Below are positions 4,702-5,155 of a stretch of DNA of 5,155 nucleotides, in pieces. Location: contig JAQVRT010000022.1 of NCBI GenBank assembly GCA_028700905.1, positions 1 through 5,155 on the forward strand, written 5' to 3'. Positions within the stretch are counted from its first letter, which is position 1. Each line of letters begins with the position of its first letter. A model generated the notes under the pieces. It did not search any database. It had not been told where the DNA came from and saw only the letters and a list, made by a program, of their open reading frames with translations. Source of the stretch: Candidatus Iainarchaeum sp. GTDB taxonomy: Archaea; Iainarchaeota; Iainarchaeia; Iainarchaeales; CSSED10-239. Both the position numbers and the translations under genes were made by a program.

Positions 4702-5155
4702 ATGGGTGGAGAGGATAATTTTTCTGGTTTTAAGGTTATTAAAAGAATCCCTCTATCTAAATCTATATCTAAAGATTCAAGTTCTTTAAAAAATAATATT
4801 ATTAAACATAATACTGAAAAAAACAAATCTTTTAAAAAATTAGAAAAATTTGATGTAGTTTTACCTGAAGATAAAAAAATTAATTCTTCATTACTTAAAG
4901 ATTACAGTGGTATTAAAAAAATTGATCTTAAAGTTGATATTTCTGATATTGAAGAAAAATATAAAGATTTTAATCCTTTTAGAAAAAAAGAAGTTTCTTT
5001 AGAAAATGAAAAAAAAAAAGTAGATTTATCAAATTCTTATTTAAAAGAAAACTCTTTAGAGAAAGTTAATTCTGTGGATAAAATTAATGACGTTAAAGAA
5101 ACTAAACCTGATATATCTAAGAAAGCTTCTTTTGAAAAAGATTCACTTAAATCAT
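4702..5155 (+). CDS. 5' part of a gene for a Lys/Ser/Asp/Glu/Asn-rich, low-complexity protein of unknown function. It is open to the window end and absent from the supplied ORF track.
   Basis: I translated it by hand from the ATG at 4702: MGGEDNFSGFKVIKRIPLSKSISKDSSSLKNNIIKHNTEKNKSFKKLEKFDVVLPEDKKINSSLLKDYSGIKKIDLKVDISDIEEKYKDFNPFRKKEVSLENEKKKVDLSNSYLKENSLEKVNSVDKINDVKETKPDISKKASFEKDSLKS... That is 151 stop-free codons in DNA where TAA/TAG/TGA should occur every 10-12 codons by chance, so it is almost certainly coding. It has no hydrophobic segment, no Cys, and no motif I recognise. Confidence 0.75.
   Translation, partial: MGGEDNFSGFKVIKRIPLSKSISKDSSSLKNNIIKHNTEKNKSFKKLEKFDVVLPEDKKINSSLLKDYSGIKKIDLKVDISDIEEKYKDFNPFRKKEVSLENEKKKVDLSNSYLKENSLEKVNSVDKINDVKETKPDISKKASFEKDSLKS

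Noticed and set aside
4631-4777. 13-nt direct repeat ATATCTAAAGATT (4631-4643 and 4765-4777), plus further ATATCTA-like copies near 4662 and 5111
   Set aside because: A rough estimate for a 5-kb window of this composition predicts a few exact 13-mers by chance. One copy is intergenic and the other is in-frame coding (I S K D), with no consistent spacing. There is no CRISPR-like or iteron-like regularity.
1-5155. Alternative genetic code, mobile element or defence island
   Set aside because: All genes read through at full length under the standard code, Trp is encoded by TGG, and the stops seen are TAA or TAG. There are no transposase, integrase, toxin or nuclease-helicase type genes, no inverted terminal repeats and no visible compositional break. 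Nothing supports an accessory island.

Overview
The window is very AT-rich (roughly 25% G+C by eye, not computed) and densely coding. Its gene content points to an archaeon: a small NMD3 homologue, a KH-less beta-CASP RNase of the aCPSF type, and a class III (prepilin/preflagellin) signal peptidase. It could be a reduced-genome DPANN-type archaeon or a low-GC methanogen, but the lineage cannot be settled from sequence alone.

Six protein genes are supportable:
- A TrkA/RCK K+-transport regulatory protein (100-756, +).
- A co-directional aCPSF2-like beta-CASP ribonuclease (1509-2813, -) followed by an NMD3-family zinc protein (758-1492 or 758-1519, -). This pair converges tail-to-tail on trkA with a 1-nt gap.
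- A divergently transcribed unit: a PHP-domain protein (2967-3878, +), then 7 nt later an A24-family archaeal prepilin/preflagellin peptidase (3886-4617, +).
- A Lys-rich, low-complexity ORF (4702 to beyond 5155, +) that is missing from the supplied ORF track because it runs off the window.

I see no rRNA, tRNA, CRISPR array, transposase, integrase or recognisable defence genes.

Most of the window is housekeeping, and I did not find a convincing novel system. The best lead is the PHP-like gene. By my manual motif reading it has lost about half of its canonical metal ligands (His to Tyr twice, Glu to Lys, Asp to Gly), and it is tightly coupled to an intact GxGD signal peptidase. Other observations are smaller: the NMD3 start-codon ambiguity, the terminator-less convergent junction, a palindrome over the PHP start codon, a promoter-like 14-mer found upstream of two genes, and an A11 tract. 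All functional calls come from motif recognition by eye. None has been checked by HMM or BLAST.
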